A stretch of DNA of 41,412 bases from Oligoflexia bacterium (GCA_043732305.1 JAYTHU010000034.1:1-41412), one strand, 5' to 3'. Numbered from the stretch's first letter, positions 1 through 9,086 are shown. Made by a program: numbers and translations. Notes: a model not told the origin generated them from the sequence alone.

Positions 1-188
1 AATCTCATTGGTGGAAATGTTGATAATTTAACATCCGCTCGAACAGCCTTTAAAAATAAACTTAAACCGCTAACCCTTGATAGTGCCCGAAAATATCACT
101 TCGTTCGGTAGGGCAGAATTCAGATCTCGGTATTAATTTCAAAAACAGGTATTTTTAAGCAGTTAGTCAAGATTAACCACGCTTCTCC

Positions 189-248
189 ATCACAGAAAAT
201 CACACAGAATCACAGAATTTGTCGGACATCTGTCGGACCGTTGTCGGG
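189..248. repeat. Two adjacent sets of short phased direct repeats: ATCACAGAA-like x3 and TGTCGG(A/G) x3
   Basis: ATCACAGAA at 189, ATCACACAGAA at 199 and ATCACAGAA at 209; TGTCGG at 220, 231 and 242 (exact 11-bp period). Confidence 0.7.
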
Positions 249-265
249 CAGAGATAAAATTAAAT

Positions 266-295
266 GTTGTGTTTTTCACAACTTTCGATTATACT
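266..295 (+). promoter_or_regulatory. Sigma70 promoter with an overlapping palindromic operator for the TA operon
   Basis: TTGTGT(267-272)-17 bp-TATACT(290-295). The inverted repeat GTTGTG-N5-CACAAC (266-282) covers the -35 element. ATG 303 lies at the expected +1. Confidence 0.75.
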
Positions 296-302
296 TCAAA
301 TT

Positions 303-743
303 ATGGTGAACCTCGTCTCCGCAGCAGCGAAATCTAAAAAGAGGCTCGAAAAGTTTCATAACAAGTGCAAAGAGGCGTGTCGATCCAAGGTTCAGTTTAG
401 GCGCAGCTTCAACGTAAACGACTATCATATCACCGCTCAAGGGCAGGCGAAGAACCCCAAGAGGTTATCGCTGAACCATGAGAAAATCGCAGCAGTCATC
501 TTTCACGGAAGAATAAATGATCGTACGAGTAATGATGATCACCCAATCGAAATAGCAATTGATGGGCTGATTAGAAATTATGAATGGGTTGATCCTATGA
601 CTATGACCCATGGAGTAGATCTTCTTGTACAAGCAAGAATTGTAATTAGAGAGGCTGTTCCGAAAAGTTTTATTGTTACGGCTTATATTTTGGACAAAAT
701 CGAAGAACAGAACCTTCCGGAGGTGGAACTTGAAATCTGGTAA
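303..743 (+). CDS. Putative type II toxin (RelE/BrnT/DUF4258-like RNase fold)
   Basis: Small ORF with a 'YHIT.Q' N-terminal segment and a C-terminal 'FIVTAY' strand, typical of DUF4258/RelE-like toxins. It lies upstream of and overlaps a Zn-ribbon-HTH gene. Start moved from 264 to 303 because 264 lies at the promoter. Confidence 0.6.
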   Translation: MVNLVSAAAKSKKRLEKFHNKCKEACRSKVQFRRSFNVNDYHITAQGQAKNPKRLSLNHEKIAAVIFHGRINDRTSNDDHPIEIAIDGLIRNYEWVDPMTMTHGVDLLVQARIVIREAVPKSFIVTAYILDKIEEQNLPEVELEIW

Positions 744-1305
744 AGATAAAAATGAATTCGCAGCAAAAGTTTCTCCAAAAGAATTTGAGCGCGGCCACGC
801 GGAAAAGAACTGCAAAGGCCACTTTAAAGTGGGATTTACCGTAAATGGATTTTATACCTCGTCCGCTTTGGGTCCCATTAAGCTCCCTTGTATTCCTCAA
901 GTAATGTGCCACACCTGCCATGCTGCTTACACTGTGCCTGAGTTTGAAGAATGGGTAGAGCGCGTTTTGACTGTTCATTTTGTTCTCGCCCAAGAGAGCC
1001 TTACTAAAAAACAAATTAAATTTCTAAGACAGCATTTCGGATTTACACAGGAAGAGATGTCTGAAAAAGTTGGCCTCGCCGGAGGAAAAGCTGAGTTCTC
1101 TAAAATGGAGTCGGAAACAGCGCAGCGGATGATGAGTTCGGACACTCAGGTAAGAATGAAACTTCTCTTTGCAAAGCTGCTTAAGATAAAAGATTCAGAG
1201 CAACTCTATAAAATCAATGAGATGAATGATTCGAAAACGGTAGTGGTCGATCCTAGTTGGTTCCCAAATAAAGAAGAACTACAGAAAAAGGTTAAGGCAA
1301 GTTAA
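730..1305 (+). CDS. MqsA/YgiT-like antitoxin (Zn-ribbon + XRE HTH)
   Basis: H-x4-C...CHTC metal-ligand pattern followed by 'IKFLRQHFGFTQEEMSEKVG' XRE HTH. TTG at 730 is preceded by the SD GGAGGT (719-724). Confidence 0.75.
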   Translation: MKSGKDKNEFAAKVSPKEFERGHAEKNCKGHFKVGFTVNGFYTSSALGPIKLPCIPQVMCHTCHAAYTVPEFEEWVERVLTVHFVLAQESLTKKQIKFLRQHFGFTQEEMSEKVGLAGGKAEFSKMESETAQRMMSSDTQVRMKLLFAKLLKIKDSEQLYKINEMNDSKTVVVDPSWFPNKEELQKKVKAS

Positions 1306-1447
1306 GGTGTATTTCGCTTATTTTGCGGGCGAAGCACTCGCGCCAATAGCTGCCAAGCCAGTGCCGTCTTTCCAAACCTATTCTCATCCCTTCCGTCCAT
1401 CCCCCATGCTACATAGGCACTCATTACGCCCGTTTTCTCAGCATCCG

Positions 1448-1876
1448 TTAAGAAATAGTATTGGGCTTTAGCCGTTTGTAAAATCTGTGAAGCGTTTCTA
1501 AGACTCTTAAATCTTGATCTGGGGTGGCCTTTGCTGAATCGACCTTAACCAATGAATAAAGTGCGTCACCACCTGTATCGATGGCTACAACCGTATCCAC
1601 TCCACCAGCAAATTTAGCTACGGCATCAATTTGCTGTTCAAGTGTTCCATTTTGATGATCCATGATCAGAAACATAAGCACAACTGAAGCAGGTAGATTT
1701 TCTAGAAATCTACCTGACCTGATGTCTTTTCTGTCATTTTGAAAACTCCGAGAAATATTTCTCCCCGTGATTAACCACGCTTCGGTGCTCGCCAACTTTT
1801 CCTGTTCAACCTTGGGAACCAGTGACAGCCGTGCGAATTGAAATAACAAACGGGACTGACTTTGAGTTTGTCTCAA
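1448..1876 (-). pseudogene. DUF1152-like protein fragment
   Basis: 'VDTVVAIDTGGDAL...TPDQDLRVL' resembles the DUF1152 core. The N-terminal part seems to lie in another frame (PFVISIRTAVTGSQG*TGKVGE) with a stop, and both ends are missing. Confidence 0.5.
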
Positions 1877-1969
1877 GTATTTTACCTAGAAGTGTTGCTT
1901 GAATCCCGTCTGATCCCCCCCTTCTACTAGTGATCTAGCCATCCAGACCGCTATGAGGGACAATAATGT

Positions 1970-2437
1970 GTGGGACATAAAAAATGTGATTACGTTAAAC
2001 AAGGCGATATTCAATGTGAAGCACCAGCCATGGTGGATTCCCAGTTCTGCTTCTTCCATTCGCCTGAGACTATAGAGCCGCGACATTCGTCACGTGCCAA
2101 AGGCGGGGCTAAGAATGCGAGCGCGACGCTTCCTGTGACCATAGTGCAAATTTCAATCCCGACCGCACAAGGGGTATTAAGCCTGATTGCTGAAACAATT
2201 CATCATGTACGAACAGGCCAACTCGATCCGAAAATTGCAAACTGCGTTAGCTATCTTTCTGGAATTGCTCTGAAGGCAATTGACCAAGGAAATATAGATG
2301 AAAGACTTGAGTCTCTCGAAGCTGCCATCAAAAATAAAACCATTAAAGTTGAAAAAGATTTCAGTCGTGATGAGGACCAGATATTCTCATTTGAAAATGG
2401 GGGATCAGAAGATGCGCGCAAATCAAAGACTTTATAA
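1970..2437 (+). CDS. Mobile-element-associated hypothetical protein with an N-terminal C-x9-C-x10-C-x2-H motif (HGGxSTG-like / small-terminase-like)
   Basis: 'KKCDYVKQGDIQCEAPAMVDSQFCFFHSP...RAKGG' followed by a helical C-terminus. GAGGGA SD precedes the GTG. Confidence 0.5.
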   Translation: MGHKKCDYVKQGDIQCEAPAMVDSQFCFFHSPETIEPRHSSRAKGGAKNASATLPVTIVQISIPTAQGVLSLIAETIHHVRTGQLDPKIANCVSYLSGIALKAIDQGNIDERLESLEAAIKNKTIKVEKDFSRDEDQIFSFENGGSEDARKSKTL

Positions 2438-3041
2438 AATCGAAACGGAACTAACCCCGCAACAAGCTATCTTGCTTTGGATAAAAGAAGCCCATTCACA
2501 TGGGACTCTTGAAAACTACGTCAAGTGGCTATCAGAAAAACCAGATGTGAGGTAGCCCTTCAGGTTTGGAGAGAAAGCCATAGATGCAATCAAGAAATCA
2601 CTGGCAACACAGAAGCCCTTCGAGAAACAAATAGTTCTCAGACAAGCGATGCAAGAGTATGAATTTCTCTACCACGTTTTCTTAAACCTAAACTCCCATT
2701 TTCAATCCACTGCCAGGGAGAAATCATTTTGGTTCCAACTTCTTATTGAACATTTGTTGGCATTGAAGAAAACCACTGAAGCAATTGATACCGATACCGT
2801 TTCAACTTGGAAGAATTTATTTTTTTGATTCTATGCTGAGACATTTATAGAAACGGAGTCTCTGAAAATTCTTACTGAAAAACATTTTTTAGATAACGGG
2901 ATTATATTCCCAGAATTGGATTCTCAGTTGCAATCAAGGGTTCGCTAAAGTCATTTCCTTCATGAAATTTTCAATGACTTTTTCCATGATCAAAGTGCTT
3001 ATGCGGTGGGGACAACGGGAGCGAGGCGTCGCCCTCGTTGA
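2412..3041 (+). pseudogene. Degraded hypothetical gene
   Basis: One protein-like frame from ATG 2412 is interrupted by in-frame TAG 2553, TGA 2826 and TAA 2946. Confidence 0.55.
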
Positions 3042-3471
3042 AAGACACCTTTTCTCTCCTGCTATTTGAGTTTGCAAGTATGAGTATTGTTGTTGTTTTT
3101 ATGCTTTTATGCATAGCAACTCGTTCGATTTACAAGCATTCAAGACTCTTTATTAAAATCCCCATAAGCTTGATTACATAATCGAAAAATTGAGAATATG
3201 TTCTTGGCTTGATCAAGAAGGAAAACTGGTTGCAAAAAAAGCTCTAGGTGAACTTTGCCATAAGATTGGACTGCAAAGAGCAGTTCATCGATCCAGAAAA
3301 AGTGTTTGTTTAGTATCGGTATGATCTTTTTTAAATAAATGGACAGCTTTACTTTCCTTCGCATGATCTACATTCAAAATCAGTTCTGGGTGTCCGTTTA
3401 TTTGAATGGGATCACAGACAATCAAGTGCAAATTATATACATAAGACGAAAAAAAAGAGAGGGTTGAGGTG

Positions 3472-4050
3472 CTAGGAGATTCTAGACCAAATTTTGTTTC
3501 GGAGCTCGGAGCGATCACTACTCTCGAAGCGTCTCAATAAATTCCGAACATGATATTTAACTCCGTGTTCGGAAAGGTTTACGCGACTTGCAATTTCTTT
3601 ATTGCCGAGACCTTTGAGTAGCATGTCGAGAATTTTAATTTGTGTGGAGTTAAGATTTAAACTCTGAAGTCGTGAAGTCACGTCAGAGTCGGTAAGGGCG
3701 ATCGCACGGGTGACTGCGGCAAGCAACATGTCATTTTGAAATGGTTTCTCGAGAAAATCCAAAGCGCCAAGTCGCAATGCCTTGATAGCTAAATCCTTGT
3801 CAGCGAATCCAGAAATAAATATCACTGGTATTCCGATCCCTTTTTCTCTTAGAACAGAAATAAATTCTAACCCATCCATACCCGGCATTTTGATATCTGT
3901 TATGATAGTTTTCAATTTACATTTGCCGATAATTTCAAGTGCGTCCAAGGCTGAATCAGACTCAATTATTTCTTCGGTCTTAATATCACAGAGAATAGTT
4001 CTGATTAATTTTCGAGTGGTAGCATCATCGTCGACAACAAGAATGCTCAT
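3472..4050 (-). CDS. Response regulator, REC + LuxR-type HTH
   Basis: 'ILVVDDD...TDIKMPGMDG...FLEKPF' receiver and 'GLGNKEIASRVNLSEHGVKYHVRNL' LuxR HTH. GGAG SD precedes ATG 4050 (alternative start 4083). Confidence 0.92.
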   Translation of the reverse strand: MSILVVDDDATTRKLIRTILCDIKTEEIIESDSALDALEIIGKCKLKTIITDIKMPGMDGLEFISVLREKGIGIPVIFISGFADKDLAIKALRLGALDFLEKPFQNDMLLAAVTRAIALTDSDVTSRLQSLNLNSTQIKILDMLLKGLGNKEIASRVNLSEHGVKYHVRNLLRRFESSDRSELRNKIWSRIS

Positions 4051-4212
4051 TTTTATTTCTCCCGGTAAAAAATCAATGTTCATTACATGCTAGGTTAGCA
4101 TAATTTTCTATGATTTTAAGTTTAGGATCAAGTCGTTAGGTTAAGTAATTTTGGTATTACAATTTCTACCCATAAACTAAACCCTGAGAGATGGTGTTAA
4201 TTGCAACGTTAA

Positions 4213-4490
4213 CTATTTCAGTTCAGTAATTTCTTGAGGAGCACGCTTTGAACATTCTCGAATATCTTCAAGGTACTCTTTGTGTTCCGTTTAAGGGACT
4301 TTTAAATTCATGGGGAAAATTCGCAATAAAGTCGCGTTTTTGTGGTCCTTGCTCTTCTGGCAATTTGATCACTGCCTGGTGCTGCTTTCGTTCCAGTTCC
4401 AGTTCTTTTCATGTCACTGGTGAAAGGGAGAAACAAGTTTCGATGAGTCTTTTCGTCTCAAAATACGAGACGAAGTGCTTGCCATAGTCC
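4213..4490 (-). pseudogene. Remnant of a sensor histidine kinase (PAS tail + HisKA)
   Basis: Manual translation gives 'KRDFIANFPHEFKSPLNG' (H-box; His codon at 4310-4312). After a frameshift it reads 'HKEYLEDIRECSKRAPQEITEL*' (second DHp helix). There is an upstream in-frame TGA and no ATPase domain. Confidence 0.65.
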
Positions 4491-4531
4491 AATTTGGCTG
4501 ATAAACCCTTGGTTTAAGGAAGGAACCAATT

Positions 4532-5563
4532 TTGATAAAATTAAAATCCGATGCACTTCGCTTTTTTTACGTGAATGACAAGGAGCCCCATGCTTCTCGT
4601 GGAACAGATATCTTAAAAAAATATCCACAGGTGAAAAAGCTTTTGGGTCCCAATGAATGGTCACTGCTTATGATAGTACTTATTGTTGCAGCGCAGACAG
4701 CTCTTGCGATTTGGCTGGGCCACGTTTCTGTTTGGTATCTCATCGCCGGAGCTTGGATTTTTGGTGCCGTCTTCAATCATGGTTTATTTGTTCTGATTCA
4801 CGAAGCCACCCACAATTTAGTTTTCAAACGCCCCTGGGCTAACCGACTTTCCGGGATTATCGCTAACTTGCCGGTCGCTGTTCCCATGGCAATGGCTTTT
4901 AGGTCTTTTCATTTGATTCATCACACTCACATGGGTGATCACGAATGGGATGCTGATCTTCCCACGCACGGTGAAGCAAAACTTGTTGGCAATAGCAGTG
5001 TGCGTAAATCACTCTGGCTTTTGGCATTTTTATTCGTTGAAAGCTTGCATCGTCCACGTTTTATTAAGAACGCAAAGATCCCAAATTTTTGGCTCGTCCT
5101 TAACTTTGCTCTGGTGTTGGGTTATTGCGGAGCACTTGTTTATTTCGCCGGACCCAAAACATATCTTTATTTGATTCTTTCAACAGCATTCTCAGTTGGC
5201 TTGCATCCCCTCGGTGCACGCTGGATTCAGGAACATTTTGTTTTGCGTGAAGGCCAGGAAACGTATTCCTATTATGGACCCTTCAACAAAGTGATGTTCA
5301 ATGTTGGCTATCACAATGAGCATCATGATCTTCCTTACGTCGCTTGGAATCGACTGCCAAAAGTGCGAGCCGTCGCTCCAGAAATGTACAACGATCTTTT
5401 ATGGCACAGCTCTTATTGGAAACTTTTGGGGCAGTTTATTTTTGATCCGCAGTTGGGAATGTATTCTCGAGTGGTGCGTGGAAAGATAGCTGCTCAGTAT
5501 TTGACTCCTAAGTATGATGTCAGTTCCATAAGCAGCGTGAAATTAGTAGATGGATCCTTATAA
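4532..5563 (+). CDS. Membrane fatty-acid desaturase, sphingolipid delta4-desaturase/C4-hydroxylase (DES1/DEGS)-like
   Basis: His boxes HEATH, HLIHH and HNEHH. The N-terminal 'EPHASRGTDILKKYPQVKKLLGP' resembles the Lipid_DES motif, and 'ETYSYYGPFN...NVGYHNEHHD' is present. Confidence 0.88.
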   Translation: MIKLKSDALRFFYVNDKEPHASRGTDILKKYPQVKKLLGPNEWSLLMIVLIVAAQTALAIWLGHVSVWYLIAGAWIFGAVFNHGLFVLIHEATHNLVFKRPWANRLSGIIANLPVAVPMAMAFRSFHLIHHTHMGDHEWDADLPTHGEAKLVGNSSVRKSLWLLAFLFVESLHRPRFIKNAKIPNFWLVLNFALVLGYCGALVYFAGPKTYLYLILSTAFSVGLHPLGARWIQEHFVLREGQETYSYYGPFNKVMFNVGYHNEHHDLPYVAWNRLPKVRAVAPEMYNDLLWHSSYWKLLGQFIFDPQLGMYSRVVRGKIAAQYLTPKYDVSSISSVKLVDGSL

Positions 5564-6479
5564 AATTCTCGGCGTGGCATCGACTGCTAAGCAAGACGAG
5601 ATTAAATCGGCATATCGTAAACTCGCAAAAAAACTTCATCCGGATTTAAATCCCGGCAATAAAAATGTCGAGAACAAGTTTAAAGAAGTTAATAACGCCT
5701 ACGAACTGGTCGGAACTCCTGAAGCTCGCACAAAATTTGATCGTGGTGAAACTGAAGACCAGCAAAGAGCGGCCCGAAGATCAGATGGCAGATCGCGGAC
5801 AGGTGGAGCGGGTGCACAATCCGGTGAAAGCCCATTCTATTATTATGAGACTCAAACTCCGGGTAGCAGATACTCGAGTAACTTTGAAGGAATCAATCCA
5901 GATATCTTTGCAGATTTATTTGGTGGCGCGAGTCGCAGCCGTTCACGTGGTGGTTTCACTCCGCCTCCTGAGCATAGTCAATATGCGATGGAAGTGGACT
6001 TTCAAACCAGCATTCTTGGCGGTGAAAGAGAAATCACTTTGCCCAGTGGCAAGAAATTAAGAGTCAAAATTCCTGCGGGAATTAAATCAGGAACAAAGCT
6101 TCGTCTAGCTGGCCAAGGCGAAAATGGCGATGCACTGATTGAAATCACCGTTCAACCTTCGGATCAATTCACTCGTTTAGGTAATGACATTGAAGTTGAA
6201 CTTCCGCTTTCACTCAATGAAGTGATTCTCGGCGGAGAAGTTCGCGTGCCTACAGTTGACGGCGCCGTCATGTTGAAAGTGCCTAAAGGATTAAGCTCTG
6301 GCGCTCGCATTCGAGTGAAGGGAAAAGGCGTTCCTTCACCAGTAGGAAATGGCGACCAATTTGCAGTAGTAAAAATAGTGATGCCGTCGACGATCGATTC
6401 CGATTTAGAAAAGTTTATGACCGATTGGTCTAAAGAGCATTCCTACGATCCTCGAAAAGGCAAAGAGGCAGCAAAATGA
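5550..6479 (+). CDS. cbpA: DnaJ-class chaperone CbpA (no Zn finger)
   Basis: J-domain with HPD, G/F-rich linker and DnaJ C-terminal domain, followed by a cbpM-like gene. Confidence 0.88.
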   Translation: MDPYKILGVASTAKQDEIKSAYRKLAKKLHPDLNPGNKNVENKFKEVNNAYELVGTPEARTKFDRGETEDQQRAARRSDGRSRTGGAGAQSGESPFYYYETQTPGSRYSSNFEGINPDIFADLFGGASRSRSRGGFTPPPEHSQYAMEVDFQTSILGGEREITLPSGKKLRVKIPAGIKSGTKLRLAGQGENGDALIEITVQPSDQFTRLGNDIEVELPLSLNEVILGGEVRVPTVDGAVMLKVPKGLSSGARIRVKGKGVPSPVGNGDQFAVVKIVMPSTIDSDLEKFMTDWSKEHSYDPRKGKEAAK

Positions 6480-6748
6480 GAAGATATAAAATTCAAGAAG
6501 TTTGCCAAATCATGGGAGTTGATGACGATGTGATTGTGGAATTTGTTCGCAAAGAATGGATCGATCCGGTTTCAGTTGAACTGGCAGAAATAAAGAACAC
6601 TGAATTTGACGAAGAAGATTTAGCAAGAATTAGACTAATAATAGAATTGTCAAAGCGTCTAGAAGTAAACGATGAGGCTATTCCCATCGTTTTACATTTA
6701 GTAGATCAAATTCACCTTCTTCAATTGAAGGTTCTCTCCAACATTTAA
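6476..6748 (+). CDS. cbpM: Chaperone modulator CbpM (MerR-like)
   Basis: 'FDEEDLARIRLIIELSKRLEVNDEAIPIVLHLVDQI'; ATGA overlap with cbpA. Confidence 0.85.
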   Translation: MRRYKIQEVCQIMGVDDDVIVEFVRKEWIDPVSVELAEIKNTEFDEEDLARIRLIIELSKRLEVNDEAIPIVLHLVDQIHLLQLKVLSNI

Positions 6749-7083
6749 TTCACATCCGAATTTGTTTCTAAATCTGTCCATGGCGCTGGCTGTCCCGAAT
6801 TTATTCCCTTTGCAGATTCTGGAATTTTTACGTCATCGTGAAGTCGCTTTTTGCCATAACTTCCGGCTTTACCAGTGAAGGCAGGTTTTTCTAAATCATC
6901 GCCCGCGCCTTCATATTCGTTTTTCTCATCGGGCATGAAATTGAGGCCCGCCGCAAACTCAGCGCCAGCATCGGATTCAGAATCACCTGGACTGTCATCT
7001 TGAGGGTCGGTAGAAGCTCCGGCGACAGCCCTGTTGTATTCTTCTTCCGAAATCATATCTCTATTGATTTTCTTGTCGCTCAT
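6745..7083 (-). CDS. Acidic, probably disordered hypothetical protein
   Basis: Strong SD (AAGGAGAAGG); starts 11 bp after the upstream gene; D/E/G-rich. Confidence 0.7.
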   Translation of the reverse strand: MSDKKINRDMISEEEYNRAVAGASTDPQDDSPGDSESDAGAEFAAGLNFMPDEKNEYEGAGDDLEKPAFTGKAGSYGKKRLHDDVKIPESAKGINSGQPAPWTDLETNSDVN

Positions 7084-7094
7084 ACCTTCTCCTT

Positions 7095-7661
7095 TTAGTG
7101 AAATACCGGTTCTGACTTGCTGTTTTTAACGAAGTCACGATTACTAAATATTTCTCGCGCGCGGAAAAGATCGTCATGAGTGCCATTAGCAATGACGACA
7201 TATTTTCCTGCCTTCAGCGCAGTTTCATATTCGATGATTGAACTCTCAGGAACTCCAATATTAAAGAGAGCTGCGCCAAGAATGCTAAGCCCTCCGATCA
7301 CCGCAGCACCTTCGAGTGCACTAATGACTGTGGAGGTGAGGGTTCCAGATATAACAATTGATCCTATTCCGGGGATGAAAAGAAGGGCTGTTCCAAAAAC
7401 AGCTCCCCATAGGCCGCCCCAAAGAGCGCCAGCTTTGCCCCAACGCTTTGTTTCTTCAAGTTTAGTATGGAATCCAATGACGTTTTCTTTGGATTTAAAA
7501 TCTCGAGCCACCACTGATAAGTTTTTCATTTCAAAACCTGTTTTTTCTAACTTCCACATGACTGAATGCACGTCTTGTAGCGTCTCAAATACGGCGACGA
7601 TTCCACTCGTCTGTGATTTTGTTCGCAATAACTTTTCTGATTTAATCTTTTGGCCTAACAT
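7095..7661 (-). CDS. General stress protein / glycine-zipper membrane protein (YflT/DUF1269-like)
   Basis: 'GALWGGLWGAVFG...IPGIGSIVISG...GVPESSIIEYETALKAGKYVV'. Confidence 0.8.
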   Translation of the reverse strand: MLGQKIKSEKLLRTKSQTSGIVAVFETLQDVHSVMWKLEKTGFEMKNLSVVARDFKSKENVIGFHTKLEETKRWGKAGALWGGLWGAVFGTALLFIPGIGSIVISGTLTSTVISALEGAAVIGGLSILGAALFNIGVPESSIIEYETALKAGKYVVIANGTHDDLFRAREIFSNRDFVKNSKSEPVFH

Positions 7662-7676
7662 TCTAACGTCATGAAT

Positions 7677-7692
7677 TGCAATTAGAGGGCCA
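7677..7692 (-). promoter_or_regulatory. Sigma54 (-24/-12) promoter
   Basis: The minus strand reads TGGCCCTCTAATTGCA (GG-N10-GC) directly upstream of ATG 7661. Confidence 0.65.
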
Positions 7693-7786
7693 GGGCCAAA
7701 AGGTAAGGAGCGTCGGACTTAGAGTGCCGCATTTAAAATGGGTCTAATTTCCACGCCTATGAGTCAAAAGGCCTCTCAAGAAAAGG

Positions 7787-9070
7787 CTAAAAAGACTTCC
7801 AGGTTTTGTTCAAAATTAATCGCGCATTGCGTTTTGAAAACAGATAATTCCAGGCCCATTGAAAAAATACCGTTATACGATTTCGAAATCCAACCAAAAA
7901 ATAAAGATGAACAAAGAGCCATGCGACCCAAGCCAACCACCCTCCAAACTGTATTTTGCCAAGTTGCAATATCGCTTTGCTTTTACCGATTGTAGCCATT
8001 TGGCCTTTGTCGAAATAACGAAATGGCAAGCGGGATTTCCCTTGGATATCCCGCAAAATGTTTCCGGCTGCCGTAACTCCTTGTTGAATGGCCACGGGGG
8101 CGAGGCCTGGCAATACTACTCCGTGCCTATCCTCAAAATGAGCCTGATCCCCAATCACGAAAACGTTTTTATCGAATGCAAGACTTAGGTCTTCGGAGAT
8201 TTTGATTCGTCCTTCTTTATCTAGCTGAGCCTGGGTGATCGTTTTATTTAAGCTTGATGGCAGAACACCCGCCGCCCAAAGAACGGTTCCTGCATTTATT
8301 CTTTCATCTCCGATATTTATACCGTCAATGTCCACGTTGGTCACACGAGAATTTTCCCGAACTTCAACTTTCATTTTTCTCAAATCGGATCTCGCTCTTG
8401 CTGCCAATTTCTCACTGAACTGAGTCAAAATTCTTGGACCCGCTTCAACTAAAATCACACGAGTACTACTAGGATCAATTCGTTTAAAATCTTTAGTGAG
8501 AACCGTATGACTGATATCTGAAAGAGCGCCCGCCAGTTCTACTCCCGTGGGGCCACCACCGATAATAATAAATGTTAGATTTTTCTTTTGCAGAGTCGGG
8601 TCGGTTTCATTCTCTGCCGTTTCAAAAGCCGAAAGTACCCGGCGTCTGATTTCCGTTGCTTGTTCAAGCGTTTTTAAACCGGGGGCATTATCTTCCCATT
8701 GGTTTTTCCCAAAGTAACTGTGTTTAGACCCACAAGCTACAATGAGATAGTCATAATTTAGTTTAACTTGAGAGGTTGAAATACTTTTTGATTCACAATC
8801 AATTGATTCTACTTCTGCCATATGCACTTCAACATTTTCGGTGCTGTCAAATTCAGCGCGAATTGGAACTGCAATATCGGCGGGTGAGAGTCCGGCTGTT
8901 GCAACTTGATAAAGAAGCGGTTGGAATAGATGGTAGTTCCGGCGATCTATCAAAATCACTTTCACATTTTTTTTATTCGCGAGAGTTTTCGCCGCAGTCA
9001 ACCCGCCGAACCCTGCTCCGACAATCACAACTTTTGTTACCGTGTCAGTTTCCATTTCAAATAAGTACAT
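7787..9070 (-). CDS. ndh: Type II NADH dehydrogenase (NDH-2)
   Basis: GAGFGG, 'HLFQPLLYQVATAGL', 'GGGPTGVELAG' and 'PGLAPVAIQQG' motifs. The start may instead be 9055. Confidence 0.93.
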   Translation of the reverse strand: MYLFEMETDTVTKVVIVGAGFGGLTAAKTLANKKNVKVILIDRRNYHLFQPLLYQVATAGLSPADIAVPIRAEFDSTENVEVHMAEVESIDCESKSISTSQVKLNYDYLIVACGSKHSYFGKNQWEDNAPGLKTLEQATEIRRRVLSAFETAENETDPTLQKKNLTFIIIGGGPTGVELAGALSDISHTVLTKDFKRIDPSSTRVILVEAGPRILTQFSEKLAARARSDLRKMKVEVRENSRVTNVDIDGINIGDERINAGTVLWAAGVLPSSLNKTITQAQLDKEGRIKISEDLSLAFDKNVFVIGDQAHFEDRHGVVLPGLAPVAIQQGVTAAGNILRDIQGKSRLPFRYFDKGQMATIGKSKAILQLGKIQFGGWLAWVAWLFVHLYFLVGFRNRITVFFQWAWNYLFSKRNARLILNKTWKSF

Positions 9071-9086
9071 CTATACCGGTACAAAG

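Noticed and set aside
1..111. 3' end of an upstream gene (frame 1, stop at 109-111), possibly a recombinase tail
   Set aside because: Only 36 codons with no diagnostic motif, so it cannot be supported.
189..248. CRISPR array
   Set aside because: The repeats are 6-9 bp with no spacers of CRISPR length, and there are no cas genes.
1412..1452. Tn3-like terminal inverted repeat (ends CGTTAAG)
   Set aside because: It lacks the GGGG start, and there is no partner repeat or transposase in the window.
2412..3041. Stop-codon reassignment explaining the in-frame stops
   Set aside because: The stops are of all three types (TAG, TGA, TAA), and other genes in the window terminate normally at each, so pseudogenisation is simpler.
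3140..3518. Short minus-strand ORFs of 74 and 77 aa downstream of the response regulator
   Set aside because: No recognisable motifs or SD, and they overlap each other; they may be pseudogene debris.
4248..4487. 79-aa plus-strand ORF
   Set aside because: It is the antisense shadow of the histidine kinase remnant.
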